A stretch of 64,000 nucleotides of DNA from Anaeroplasmataceae bacterium (GCA_016294165.1 JAEDCM010000005.1:68-64067), one strand, 5' to 3'. Positions 37,706-47,817 are shown, numbered from the stretch's first letter. Program-made: numbers and translations. The notes: a model not told the origin generated them from the sequence alone.

Positions 37706-39736
37706 TTATTTGTTATTGCAATTTTCATTTGAACATATAATTCCATTTTCACCAAAAACCATCAAGCTACCACATTTTTCACAGTAATCACCTGTCGGCT
37801 TTAATGATACGATGTTCTTACATTTTGGATAGTTATCACAAGCATAGAAAGGCTTCCCTTTACTTTTACCTTTGCTGGCAATTCTTTCTACCATATGTCC
37901 TTTTTTACAAATTGGACAAAGTACTCCAGTACTAACAACCTCTTTCTTAGGTACTTCCTCTTTTTTAATATATTTACACTTTGGATATCCACTACAAGCA
38001 TCAAATTCTCCGAATCTTCCTTTTCTTTTAACTAAAGGTTTACCACAAATTGGACATATCTCACCAGTCTCATGACTAACCTGCTTCATGTTAGCATTAG
38101 CATTATCAAGCATCGGAATAAAATCATTATAAAACTCTTTTACAACATCAATACCTAAAGATGAATTTGACGCTACCTTATCTAGCTTTTCTTCTAAGCT
38201 AGCAGTATATTTTACATTAATAATATCTTTAAAAAACTCATCAAGCTTATCAACCGTAATAATTCCTTGCTCAGTAGGTATAAATTTCTTATCCACAACT
38301 GATATGTAGTCGCGATCCTTTAAAGTTTTAATTGTTTGCGCATATGTTGAAGGCCTACCAATACCTAATTCCTCCATGTCCTTAATAATCTGCGCTTCAC
38401 TATATCTTGAAGGTGGAGTTGTAAAATGTTGAGCATCAATAATCTCTTTAGCCTCTAAAGAATCACCAACCTTCAAATTAGGCAGTAATTGATCCTTAGA
38501 ATCTTTGATAAATTTTGTAAACCCATCAAATACCATTACACTTCCATTAGCCTTAAACTCATATCCATTATTTAAAATGCTAACCTTTGTAGTTTGATAT
38601 TTGGCTGGAGCCATTAAAGAAGCCATCGCACGATTATAAATCAAATTGTAAAGCTTATATTCATCATTTGTTAAGTGAGCCTTAATCATCTCTGGCGTAC
38701 GATGAGGGCTTGTAGGTCTAATAGCCTCATGAGCATCCTGCGAATTAACACTCTTCTTGTGTTTTTTACTACCAATATATTCCTTACCAAAAGTATTTTC
38801 AATAACACTCTTAGCATCATTAATAAATAAATCACTTAATCGATCGCTATCTGTACGCATATAGGTAATCAAACCGACAAATTCATCACCAATTTTTTTA
38901 CCTTCATAAAGACCTTGAGCTAAACGCATTGTCTTGCTTGAATCAAAGTTTAATTTTGTGGACGCCTCTTGTTGAAGGGTTGAAGTAATATAAGCCGGTT
39001 TTGATTCCTTACTTGTTGTCTTACTATCAACATCACCAACGATAAATTTATCACCTAAATTATTTAATACTTCCTTAACATCATCAATATTATTCAGTTT
39101 AATTTTTTTGCCATTATGTTTTTCTAAATCCGCAGTGAATTTATGGAAATCGGCCTTAATAGTCCAATATTCCTCAGGTTTAAACTTCACAATTTCCTTC
39201 TCTAAATCCACAATCATCTTTAATGCAACACTTTGCACACGACCAGCAGATTTACTTTTGATTTTTGATTGTAAAAGCTTTGACAACTTAAATCCAATTA
39301 TACGGTCTAAAATACGCCTTGTTTCTTGGCTTGAAACTAAATTCATATCTATTTGCCTAGGATGCTTAAAAGCCTCTAAAATCGCTGGTTTTGTAATCTC
39401 ATTAAAGACTACACGATTTGATTGTTTTAAGTCTAAATTAAGGATTTGTGCAAGATGCCAACTGATAGCCTCTCCCTCTCTATCGGGGTCGGTAGCCAGA
39501 AAAACGCAAGCATTTTTACACTCGCGTTGAAGTTCCTTTATCAAAGCTTCCTTTTCCTTAATATTCTCATAAGTTGGACGGAAGTTATCTTCAACATCAA
39601 TTCCTAATCCACCACGTCCAGAAATAGCTAAATCACGGACATGACCCTTTGAAGATAGAACCTTGTAATCTTTCCCCATGTATCCTTCAATAGTCTTAGA
39701 CTTTGATGGTGATTCGACGATTATTATATTTTTCAT
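37706..39736 (-). CDS. topA: DNA topoisomerase I
   Basis: TOPRIM (IIVESPSKSKTI, DPDREGE), active-site region (TYMRTDS) and three C-terminal C4 zinc fingers. 676 aa. Confidence 0.95.
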   Translation of the reverse strand: MKNIIIVESPSKSKTIEGYMGKDYKVLSSKGHVRDLAISGRGGLGIDVEDNFRPTYENIKEKEALIKELQRECKNACVFLATDPDREGEAISWHLAQILNLDLKQSNRVVFNEITKPAILEAFKHPRQIDMNLVSSQETRRILDRIIGFKLSKLLQSKIKSKSAGRVQSVALKMIVDLEKEIVKFKPEEYWTIKADFHKFTADLEKHNGKKIKLNNIDDVKEVLNNLGDKFIVGDVDSKTTSKESKPAYITSTLQQEASTKLNFDSSKTMRLAQGLYEGKKIGDEFVGLITYMRTDSDRLSDLFINDAKSVIENTFGKEYIGSKKHKKSVNSQDAHEAIRPTSPHRTPEMIKAHLTNDEYKLYNLIYNRAMASLMAPAKYQTTKVSILNNGYEFKANGSVMVFDGFTKFIKDSKDQLLPNLKVGDSLEAKEIIDAQHFTTPPSRYSEAQIIKDMEELGIGRPSTYAQTIKTLKDRDYISVVDKKFIPTEQGIITVDKLDEFFKDIINVKYTASLEEKLDKVASNSSLGIDVVKEFYNDFIPMLDNANANMKQVSHETGEICPICGKPLVKRKGRFGEFDACSGYPKCKYIKKEEVPKKEVVSTGVLCPICKKGHMVERIASKGKSKGKPFYACDNYPKCKNIVSLKPTGDYCEKCGSLMVFGENGIICSNENCNNK

Positions 39737-39756
39737 TTACATCACCCTTTTTATAT

Positions 39757-39785
39757 TATATACTATTGCCTTTCCGATTTGTCAA
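39757..39785 (-). promoter_or_regulatory. Sigma-A-type promoter of topA
   Basis: Minus strand reads TTGACA-17 nt-TATATA, about 20 nt upstream of the Shine-Dalgarno AAGGGTGA. Confidence 0.55.
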
Positions 39786-39794
39786 CCCTCTAAA

Positions 39795-39834
39795 TAATAC
39801 AAATAAGAGGAAAAATTTTACTATTTTCCTCTTA
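39795..39834 (-). terminator. Terminator of the MATE gene
   Basis: Minus strand reads AAGAGGAAAA-9 nt loop-TTTTCCTCTT followed by ATTTGTATTATTT. Confidence 0.45.
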
Positions 39835-39853
39835 AAAACTTTGTTTTTAAATA

Positions 39854-41263
39854 TTATAAACTTTCTTTCGCCCATTTTCCCGATTTAAAGCGCCACATAT
39901 TTAAGGTCATTCTAATAAGTTGATCTAAAACCATTCCAAACCAAGCTCCAAACAATCCGAAACCAAAACCATAACATAATAAAAAAGAAAACAATGGTCT
40001 AACAACTGTCACACTTATAAAAGAAGTCATAGCCGTAAACTTAGTATCTCCACTACCTCTTAGTACCCCAGTTAGTACCCATTGAATGTTTTGAGGTATT
40101 AGCATGATTGACGCAACAATCATTAATTTACTAGCGTATTCATATGCATTAGGCTCTAATTCTACATCGATATATAGTCCAACTAACCATTCGCGAAAAA
40201 TAACCACAAAAGTAAATAAAACTAAAGCTGTCGAAACGGATATAACCTGAATAACCCGACAATATACCTTTGCTAGATCCTTCCTTTTTTCTCCTAAGCG
40301 ATGCCCGACAACTGCTGCTGCACCAATCGCAAAACCATCCGCAAGCGTAAACATCAAAGAGTTAATTGATAGACACACTTGATGAATTCCTTGCTTTTCC
40401 GTTCCCAAAGAAGCAATCATTATTGCAAAAATCAAAAATCCCGCACGCATTAATAATTGTTCGGCTAAAGCTGATAATCCAACATTTTTGAGTGGTAGTA
40501 AAACCTCCTTATCAAATTTAAAGAAACCTTTAAAAGTAAAACATAAATATCCATTAGAATGATAAATTGAACAAATACTGATGATAAAGGCTACATAATG
40601 GCCAATAACAGTTGCCAATGCTGCTCCTTCAACTCCTAATGCGGGAATCCCAAACTTTCCATTTATCAATATATAATTAAGACCTACATTGACAATTGAC
40701 GCCGTAATATTAGTTATCATTGATATTTTAGTTTTTCCAACACCACGATGAGCGGCTGTAATTGATAATTTTAAACCATTAAAAACCAAACCAACACTGA
40801 CGATTCGAAAATAAGCAACTGCATTATCAATCGTATCACTTCTTGCCCCACAAAAAAATAAAATGGGTCTAGCAAAGGTTATACAAATAAATGTCAATAT
40901 TGCAATCAAAAACAAATCCAATAAAATTACCTGCTTCAAGGCCCGATTTGCTAGATTTTGATTATTAGCTCCCTTGGCCCTACTGACAACCGCTGTAAGC
41001 CCAATATTTAAAGCCACAAAAAAACAAATAGTAATATATACTGGCTGATTTGTTAAAGAAACCGATGCAATAGCATCCAATCCTAATCCACCAACCATCA
41101 TTGTATCCATCATTGAAATAAGTCCAACAAAAAACGTTTCAATCATAGCTGGAAGAATTATTTTCATTGATTTTGAGGCAACTTCCTTAAATTTAGGAAT
41201 TACCCCAAGCTTTTCTTCTTCAGTTATCATCCTATTTGTGTTAAATAAACTAATCATTTCCAT
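39854..41263 (-). CDS. MATE-family efflux transporter
   Basis: 469 aa with 12 hydrophobic segments and MATE-like N-terminal sequence (SMKIILPAMIETFFVGLISMMDTMMVG). Confidence 0.88.
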   Translation of the reverse strand: MEMISLFNTNRMITEEEKLGVIPKFKEVASKSMKIILPAMIETFFVGLISMMDTMMVGGLGLDAIASVSLTNQPVYITICFFVALNIGLTAVVSRAKGANNQNLANRALKQVILLDLFLIAILTFICITFARPILFFCGARSDTIDNAVAYFRIVSVGLVFNGLKLSITAAHRGVGKTKISMITNITASIVNVGLNYILINGKFGIPALGVEGAALATVIGHYVAFIISICSIYHSNGYLCFTFKGFFKFDKEVLLPLKNVGLSALAEQLLMRAGFLIFAIMIASLGTEKQGIHQVCLSINSLMFTLADGFAIGAAAVVGHRLGEKRKDLAKVYCRVIQVISVSTALVLFTFVVIFREWLVGLYIDVELEPNAYEYASKLMIVASIMLIPQNIQWVLTGVLRGSGDTKFTAMTSFISVTVVRPLFSFLLCYGFGFGLFGAWFGMVLDQLIRMTLNMWRFKSGKWAKESL

Positions 41264-41325
41264 TACCTCAAATATATTTTAACTCTAAAAAAACAATAAA
41301 ACAATAAATAAAAAAAGACAATTTG

Positions 41326-41357
41326 TCATAAAATAAAAAGCGATAATCATCGCTTTT
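41326..41357 (-). terminator. Rho-independent terminator of rnhB
   Basis: Minus strand reads AAAGCGAT-GATT-ATCGCTTT followed by TTATTTTAT. Confidence 0.6.
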
Positions 41358-41985
41358 ATAAATCTAATTCTAATTGGATTACTAATTGTTCTCTTACCGG
41401 ACCATAAGTCTTACGATGACAATCTAAAACTCCATATTTTTTTATTGCCTCAATATGCGCCTTAGTCGGATAACCCTTATGCTTCTTAAATCCATATTCT
41501 GGATACTTTGAATCTAATTTCTCCATATAATGATCTCTTGCGACCTTAGCTAAAATACTTGCTGCCGCAATAGATGCACTTTTCGCATCACCTTTAATAA
41601 TTGGCAACACCTCAACATCCAATGAATTAATCGGCATCGCATCACTTAAAACATAATCCGCTTTAACCTTTAAACCACTAATAGCTTTTATCATTGCTAG
41701 TCTTGAAGCCTCATAAATGTTAATCTCATCGATTTTTTTCTCATCCACAAAGACAATACTATAAGCAACAGCCTTTTCTTTAATTATATAGCTTAGCTCC
41801 TCACGCTTTTTTTCACTAAGCTTTTTAGAATCATTTATTCCTTCAATAATTAAACCCTTAGGTAAAATAACAGCTGCTGCTACCACTGGCCCAGCTAAAG
41901 GCCCTCTACCGGCCTCATCAGTTCCCGCAATGTTATTATAACCTTTAAGATATAATTCATTTTCATATTGATACAAGTTCATCAT
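41356..41985 (-). CDS. rnhB: Ribonuclease HII
   Basis: GTDEAGRGPLAGPVV, DSKKLS and SIAAASILAKV. The start is ambiguous (TTG 41994, ATG 41985 or ATG 41982) and overlaps the rbgA 3' end. Confidence 0.9.
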   Translation of the reverse strand: MMNLYQYENELYLKGYNNIAGTDEAGRGPLAGPVVAAAVILPKGLIIEGINDSKKLSEKKREELSYIIKEKAVAYSIVFVDEKKIDEINIYEASRLAMIKAISGLKVKADYVLSDAMPINSLDVEVLPIIKGDAKSASIAAASILAKVARDHYMEKLDSKYPEYGFKKHKGYPTKAHIEAIKKYGVLDCHRKTYGPVREQLVIQLELDL

Positions 41986-42817
41986 AACGATCAAATGTTA
42001 TCCTTCCTAAAAGTTCATTTCTTAAATCATGTAAAAACAAACGATTAACCTTTTCATAATCAATCTCATTATTTTTTATACATCCTCTTAATTTAGCAAT
42101 GTCATAATACGCTTGATTAAAATCAATATATTCACTAAATTTATATCTTTCATAAAAAGCTCTTGAATAATACTTACTTAAAAACTCAAATCCATATATA
42201 CATACATCATCAATTGGTAATATATCATCCTTAATTGCCCCGGACAATGCTAAAGACATCCCAATCTTCTCATCATCAAATTTCGGCCATAAAACACCCG
42301 GGGTATCTAAAAGATCAATATCATTAGAAATTTTTACCCATTGTAAAGATTTTGTTACCCCTGGCTTGTCCCCAACATTTGTGGCTTTTTTCTTAACAAT
42401 CTTATTAATGATTGTTGACTTCCCAACATTTGGTATTCCAATAATCATCGCACGCAAATTTATATTAATCCCGCGAGCCTTATTTTTTTCAATCACTGGT
42501 GCTAAAATTTCTTTTGTAACACCAACAATCTTATTCATATTATATCCAGTTATTGCATCAACATCTAACGTATAATATCCCTTATCATTATAATATTTAG
42601 TCCATTTTTTTGTTTCATTTTCATCCGCTAGCTTAGCTTTATTAAACAAAACTAAAACTGGTTTGTTTTTAATAACATCAAACAGCATTGGATTAAAACT
42701 CGAATATGGAAGCCTTGCATCAACAACAACATAAACAATATTCACAAGCTTTAAATTTTCTGTAATCTCTCGTTTTGTCTTTTGCATATGGCCCGGAAAC
42801 CATTGAATATTTGCCAT
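41963..42817 (-). CDS. rbgA: Ribosome biogenesis GTPase A (YlqF)
   Basis: Circularly permuted GTPase: MANIQWFPGHM, NKAKLAD then GIPNVGKST and DTPG. Confidence 0.9.
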   Translation of the reverse strand: MANIQWFPGHMQKTKREITENLKLVNIVYVVVDARLPYSSFNPMLFDVIKNKPVLVLFNKAKLADENETKKWTKYYNDKGYYTLDVDAITGYNMNKIVGVTKEILAPVIEKNKARGININLRAMIIGIPNVGKSTIINKIVKKKATNVGDKPGVTKSLQWVKISNDIDLLDTPGVLWPKFDDEKIGMSLALSGAIKDDILPIDDVCIYGFEFLSKYYSRAFYERYKFSEYIDFNQAYYDIAKLRGCIKNNEIDYEKVNRLFLHDLRNELLGRITFDRYDELVSI

Positions 42818-43587
42818 TAGTTAACTCCTCCAATTTTCTTAAATGGGAACACTCTATACAAGACCTTTCCAACAATATCATCCTTTTTAATTGGACCAAT
42901 ATATCTACTATCTAAGCTATAAAAGTAGTTATCCCCAACTATAAAATACTGATCACTTTTTAAAATATAACTTTTGCCATTATAATGAAGATTATCATCA
43001 ATTTTATTGCCATTTACCGTTAAAACTCCACCATTTGATGAAACATAATCACCAGGCATAGCAATTATTCTTTTTACAATCGCCTCAGTTTCTTTATTAT
43101 AAGTAGTTAATATAGGATATTCGTCTTCAGATACATAAACGATAACAATATCATTTCTTCTTGGTTTATAACAAAAATTCCTTACAATTAAATAATCATT
43201 ATTAGAAAGCGTAGGATTCATACTATTTCCATCAACAACTACAACACCTAAAAAATAAACCGCCAATAAATAAATTAGACAAAATATCTTCATAAAAAAA
43301 CTATAAACATCAATAGCATAAACTGCTTTATCATTTAAATTCTTATTAAACACAAAACATAATATTAAAAGTCCCACGGAAAAAATAAAATAAAATGTTA
43401 TAAAATATTTTCCAAAAGGAATAACATCACCATACAATTTACTTGCTGGGCTATTAATTATAACCCCAAAAAGCCAAGCTATAAGACTTACCACAAAAGA
43501 AATAATTGAAGTCGTTTTCATAAACTTTTCTATACTTTTTTCTTTCTCTTGTTCATCTTCAATTTCCAAAATCTTAGCAAGCCTCAT
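42817..43587 (-). CDS. lepB: Signal peptidase I with an extended multi-TM N-terminal region
   Basis: S26 motifs DGNSMNPTL, VKRIIAMPGD and GDNYFYSLDSRYIGPI. About 110 aa carrying three hydrophobic segments precede the catalytic domain. Confidence 0.85.
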   Translation of the reverse strand: MRLAKILEIEDEQEKEKSIEKFMKTTSIISFVVSLIAWLFGVIINSPASKLYGDVIPFGKYFITFYFIFSVGLLILCFVFNKNLNDKAVYAIDVYSFFMKIFCLIYLLAVYFLGVVVVDGNSMNPTLSNNDYLIVRNFCYKPRRNDIVIVYVSEDEYPILTTYNKETEAIVKRIIAMPGDYVSSNGGVLTVNGNKIDDNLHYNGKSYILKSDQYFIVGDNYFYSLDSRYIGPIKKDDIVGKVLYRVFPFKKIGGVN

Positions 43588-43599
43588 AAGTAACCTCCA

Positions 43600-45750
43600 T
43601 TAAGAATTTAACATCTCTTCTAACTCTTGATTATTAACTAATATTTCACGTTTACCACCATGACCATTAGATATAATTCCTTGGTCAATAAGCATTTCAA
43701 ATAACTTTTGTGCACGATTAAATCCCACATTGAATTCCTTTTGAATGCGATTGATTGATGGATTTTCATTATTAACAACAAATCGGGCAACATCCGGGAA
43801 TAATTCATCATCAACTTCTCTTTTTGATAATTGAACTGATAAATTTTCATGAGTAAATAAATATTCAGGAGCTGACTCAGCACGAATAAAATCGCATATT
43901 GCATCAATTTCACCATCGGATACATAAGCCCCTTGAACACGAATTGTGCTATCATTTAAGCGGATAAACATATCTCCACGGCCTAATAAATTTTCTGCTC
44001 CCGCATTGTCTAAAATCGTAATTGAATCAGTATATGATGAAACCTTAAAGGCAATACGTGAAGGAATATTGGCCTTAATTGTTCCTTTAACTACATCAGT
44101 TGTTGGACGTTGTGTTGCAACCAATAAATGAATACCAGCTGCTCTTGATTTAGCGGTTAAACGCTTAATAGCATCTTCAACATCTTGACTGGCTGCCATC
44201 ATTAAATCAGCTAACTCATCAATAACAATTACAATGTAAGGCATTTTTTTCATACCCTCCATTGATTTAATAGCCTCATTATAACCAACAATATTACGAG
44301 CACGCACCTCCGCAAATTGTCGGTATCTCTTTTCCATCTCATCAACAGCCCACTTTAATCCTAAAGCAGCCATTTTTGGATCATTAATAACTGGCGTAAT
44401 CAAATGTGGTAAATCATTATAACAAGATAATTCAATGACCTTAGGGTCAATCATCATCAATTTAAGATCATCAGGCGAGTTCTTTAACAACAAACTCACG
44501 ATAATTGTGTTAATGCAGACACTCTTACCACTACCAGTTTGACCAGCAACCAATCCATGTGGCATCTTCGCAATATCGGTATAAATAGTTTTACCAGAAA
44601 TATCTAACCCAATACCAACATTAAGCGGCTCAGAATTTCTAAATTCGTCCGTATCACAAACATTACCAAAGGCAACATCACTACACATTACATTTGGAAC
44701 CTCAATACCAACCGTTGATTTACCGGGGATTGGTGCTTCAATACGAATTGTTTTTGCGGATAAGTTCATTTTAAAATTATCTTCAATTGCTGTAACCTTT
44801 TTAACATTTACTCCAGGGCTAAGTTTAACCTCGTATCTTGTGATTGATGGCCCTTTAGAATAATCAACTACTCCACCATCTACATCAAATTGGCGTAGGG
44901 TATTATTAATGATTTCAATTTGTTGATCAATCCATTCAGGCTTTGAGAAGCGATCAAAATCCTTTTTCTTAAGCAAACTGATTGGTGGAAGCTTGTATTG
45001 TGGTTTATTTCTAATAATTGTTGTTGGTTCATCAACAATTGGCTTCACAATAGGCTTTTCAATAGGTTTTGTAGGCTTAATATCCTTAAATGGATCAGGT
45101 TCCTCTTTAAAATCATCAATATTACCAAACACAAACTCTGTTTCAATTTCATCATCAACACCAATAGTAACCGTATCTTGTCCAAAAATATTAGACCCAA
45201 CCTCTATTTTTTCATCATCAAATGATATATCTAGTGGTGTATCAAAAACTGTACTTGGCTTTTCTTCAATAGTAATCTCGTCGTCATCAAATAAAACGAA
45301 ATCATCACTTACAACCTCATCAGTCACCACAACAGATTCCTTTACCATTTGTCCATTTCCTAAATTAAAGGGGATATCAACAGCAGGCGCTTTTGGCTTC
45401 TCATCAACCTTTAGCGTTCTTTCTTTAATATAAACATCACTTCCAAAAATTTCAGCACGTGTCTTATTACTAACAGACATTGACTTAAATTCATCATAAT
45501 TTTTCGGAAGCTTTTTATCCTTTTCGTCTCTGAAGGCATCATACTCGCGAATTGTATCACCTAATCCATGGGAATCAGGCACAATTACATCATCCTTAAC
45601 ACTAAGCCCAAAGATTGGCGATGCAAATTCTGAACTCTTATAGGAAGATTTCGGTTTCTTCAATCCTTCAACCTCTTTTTCAATCTGTAAAATCACTAGA
45701 GGTTCTTTTATCTCTTCTTTTTCTTCTTTTACTTTTTTCTTAAAAAACAT
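43600..45750 (-). CDS. ftsK: FtsK/SpoIIIE-family DNA translocase lacking any N-terminal transmembrane domain (SftA-like)
   Basis: Motor domain with Walker A GQTGSGKS and Walker B VIVIDELADL, plus a gamma winged-helix (NPSINRIQKEFNVGFNRAQKLFEMLIDQGII). The N-terminal roughly 300 aa are charged and acidic with no hydrophobic segment. Confidence 0.9.
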   Translation of the reverse strand: MFFKKKVKEEKEEIKEPLVILQIEKEVEGLKKPKSSYKSSEFASPIFGLSVKDDVIVPDSHGLGDTIREYDAFRDEKDKKLPKNYDEFKSMSVSNKTRAEIFGSDVYIKERTLKVDEKPKAPAVDIPFNLGNGQMVKESVVVTDEVVSDDFVLFDDDEITIEEKPSTVFDTPLDISFDDEKIEVGSNIFGQDTVTIGVDDEIETEFVFGNIDDFKEEPDPFKDIKPTKPIEKPIVKPIVDEPTTIIRNKPQYKLPPISLLKKKDFDRFSKPEWIDQQIEIINNTLRQFDVDGGVVDYSKGPSITRYEVKLSPGVNVKKVTAIEDNFKMNLSAKTIRIEAPIPGKSTVGIEVPNVMCSDVAFGNVCDTDEFRNSEPLNVGIGLDISGKTIYTDIAKMPHGLVAGQTGSGKSVCINTIIVSLLLKNSPDDLKLMMIDPKVIELSCYNDLPHLITPVINDPKMAALGLKWAVDEMEKRYRQFAEVRARNIVGYNEAIKSMEGMKKMPYIVIVIDELADLMMAASQDVEDAIKRLTAKSRAAGIHLLVATQRPTTDVVKGTIKANIPSRIAFKVSSYTDSITILDNAGAENLLGRGDMFIRLNDSTIRVQGAYVSDGEIDAICDFIRAESAPEYLFTHENLSVQLSKREVDDELFPDVARFVVNNENPSINRIQKEFNVGFNRAQKLFEMLIDQGIISNGHGGKREILVNNQELEEMLNS

Positions 45751-46541
45751 TATGCCACCTCCCCTACTTCTATAGTTCCATCCTTGTCTAATTCTTCTTT
45801 TAATTCTTTAAAATAATTCTCAACACCAGTATCAATTTCCATTTCCTCTTTAAAAAGGCTCTTACTGTAAACCTTATATGTTTCTTCACCAACGATACCA
45901 ATAACCATTGTACAAATCTTTCTTATAACGATATTTGTTGATTTATCCACAACAACTCTCTTAACCCAATATACTGGATTAACAATATTCAAAACTCCCA
46001 TCACTGCTTTTATCTTTTGCTTGATTTTGTATTTTTTGCTTGTTTGCACAATTGCTGTTTCATCAATTTCCTTTTTTACAGTTGACCATTTAATAATTTG
46101 CGATATCTTTATTTTCCTAAACAAGCGTAAACCTCGATGGCTCAATAACTCATCAACACGCTTAGTAATATATGTCGCAAGCATAATTGCTTCATCAATA
46201 CTTATCTCATATAAAGGATATTTAGAATCAGGAAAAAACTTTTCCGCAATCTTAATAGACATTTCTTTGGAAATATTGGTTGTTCGTACGATATTATCAC
46301 CAATTCCTTTAAGTTTTTCCTCTTGAAATCCCTCTTGATAGGACTTAACTAATAGTTCAATTTCTTTAGCATCTATATCATAATTTTGAACATTAACTAA
46401 ATATTTATTCTTTTTTAATGTTTTTAAAACACTATAGATATACATTAAAAATGCGATTGATAATCCAAAAAAGATTCCAAATAAAAAGCTGAAAAGTGAA
46501 CCTAAATTTATGAAATCGCCAAAATTAATTGAATAAATCAT
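45750..46541 (-). CDS. Single-pass membrane protein of unknown function, translationally coupled to the FtsK-like gene
   Basis: 263 aa with one N-terminal TM (LGSLFSFLFGIFFGLSIAFLMYIY) and then a helical cytoplasmic part. Its stop shares TAATG with the ftsK-like start. Confidence 0.6.
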   Translation of the reverse strand: MIYSINFGDFINLGSLFSFLFGIFFGLSIAFLMYIYSVLKTLKKNKYLVNVQNYDIDAKEIELLVKSYQEGFQEEKLKGIGDNIVRTTNISKEMSIKIAEKFFPDSKYPLYEISIDEAIMLATYITKRVDELLSHRGLRLFRKIKISQIIKWSTVKKEIDETAIVQTSKKYKIKQKIKAVMGVLNIVNPVYWVKRVVVDKSTNIVIRKICTMVIGIVGEETYKVYSKSLFKEEMEIDTGVENYFKELKEELDKDGTIEVGEVA

Positions 46542-46662
46542 AGATAATACCTCCTATCTTTATATATTATACAATAATATATCTTTTTTTTCTACAAGTG
46601 TTTTAAAATAATATTTCTTGAATAAAACAATATCTTATGTAATAATATCATTTGGTGATAAT

Positions 46663-47469
46663 ATGAAATATTTACTTGTTTTTGATTTAGACGATACCCT
46701 TCTAAATGGTGAAGAAAAAATAACTGAAAGAACAACCGAATATATTAAAAATCTTGATGATCGTTTTATTGTTGTTTTAGCTTCAGGACGACCATTTTCA
46801 GGTATGGAAAAGTATTATAATCAATTAGAATTAAAAACACCGCTTATTACTAATAATGGTTCACTAATATTTAGCCCTCATGATAAGTCATTTAAAACAC
46901 ATGAGCAATCCATCGATATAAATACTTTTAAAGAATTATTTAAAAAAATAAAACCTTACATCAAGCATGGTCTATTTAACAACAATTACGATTCCTATGT
47001 TTACAACCGAACTAAAAAAATTGAACGCTTCTTGCATGCAAGAAATGAAGATGATATTCATGAAGGAAATCTTGATGAAATATGTGATATTTCGCCTCGT
47101 GGTGCTCTTTTCGTTGTTAATATAGATTATGAAGATGAATATGTAAAAATTGTTAATTCCTATTCAAATTTAAGCACTCGCTGTTGGGGAAAAGATCAAA
47201 AGAATTCCATCCATGAGTTATATATTTCTAATATAAACAAAGCTCGTGGAATTAGATATGTAATGGATTATTACAATATTAAAAATGACCATTTAATATG
47301 CTTTGGAGACGGCATTAATGACTTTGAAATGTTAGATATGGCCTACATTGGAGTTGCTATGAAAAACGGTTCTGATGAACTAAAAAGCAAAGCAAAATAT
47401 ATAACTGATTACACAAACAACGAAGATGGAGTAATCAAATTTTTAGAAAAAATCATTAAAAAACTTTAA
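46663..47469 (+). CDS. Cof-type HAD-IIB family hydrolase
   Basis: MKYLLVFDLDDTL (DxDDT) and GDGINDFEM. ATG 46663 is preferred over the TTG at 46618. Confidence 0.85.
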   Translation: MKYLLVFDLDDTLLNGEEKITERTTEYIKNLDDRFIVVLASGRPFSGMEKYYNQLELKTPLITNNGSLIFSPHDKSFKTHEQSIDINTFKELFKKIKPYIKHGLFNNNYDSYVYNRTKKIERFLHARNEDDIHEGNLDEICDISPRGALFVVNIDYEDEYVKIVNSYSNLSTRCWGKDQKNSIHELYISNINKARGIRYVMDYYNIKNDHLICFGDGINDFEMLDMAYIGVAMKNGSDELKSKAKYITDYTNNEDGVIKFLEKIIKKL

Positions 47470-47505
47470 AAATAATCCCCGAAATTTTTCGGGGATTTCC
47501 TTTAT
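47470..47505. terminator. Bidirectional terminator between the HAD gene and the P-II-like genes
   Basis: AATCCCCGAAA-TTT-TTCGGGGATT, a GC-rich stem flanked by A-rich and T-rich runs. Confidence 0.65.
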
Positions 47506-47816
47506 TATTTTGAATTTGTAAGTCCAACAACATCATCAACGGGAACTGAAAATGCAATACCCTGACCAGCCGTATTTAGTCCAACATTTTTATATAAAGC
47601 ATGCAAAATATCATCCTTAATATTCTCTTCAACTAAAATCATCACAATTTCCTTTTCAGGTGTTATTGCAATATTAAATAATTTTTCTGCTTCTTCTTTA
47701 GCAGTACCTCTGGCATTTAAAACTGTACCCCCACGAGCTCCACACTCCTTAGCAACACTCATAACATTGTAGGAATATCCCGCATTAACAATACACATTA
47801 TTAATTCATATTTCAT
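47505..47816 (-). CDS. P-II (GlnB-fold)-like small regulatory protein
   Basis: About 103 aa with a beta-alpha-beta pattern (YELIMCIVNAGYSYNVMSVAKECGARGGTVLNARG ... GIAFSVPVDDVVG). It is the last gene of the DUF1538 operon. ATG 47816 follows AGGTG. Confidence 0.65.
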   Translation of the reverse strand: MKYELIMCIVNAGYSYNVMSVAKECGARGGTVLNARGTAKEEAEKLFNIAITPEKEIVMILVEENIKDDILHALYKNVGLNTAGQGIAFSVPVDDVVGLTNSK

Positions 47817-47817
47817 A

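Noticed and set aside
39108-39530. 140-aa ORF on the plus strand, plus similar track ORFs at 1973..2188, 2429..2674, 3452..3706, 5653..5868, 5961..6194, 12676..12948, 14615..14833, 16873..17058, 18937..19161, 19889..20137, 24663..24848, 26562..26840, 32936..33166, 36130..36375, 36500..36694, 37872..38075, 39703..39888, 42366..42575, 43946..44131, 46021..46326, 49510..49791, 50879..51088, 51024..51218, 59281..59508, 59992..60213 and 63367..63723.
   Set aside because: All lie antisense to, or in alternative frames of, well-supported conserved genes. They lack Shine-Dalgarno sequences, and their low-complexity S/L/F/I-rich translations are typical of AT-rich antisense frames.
44993-45433. 146-aa and 75-aa plus-strand ORFs (44993..45433 and 44998..45225), and a 105-aa minus-strand alternative-frame ORF (43638..43955), all inside the ftsK-like gene.
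   Set aside because: They are embedded in a gene with clear FtsK motor and gamma-domain motifs. Their Ser/Ile-rich repetitive translations have no start signals.
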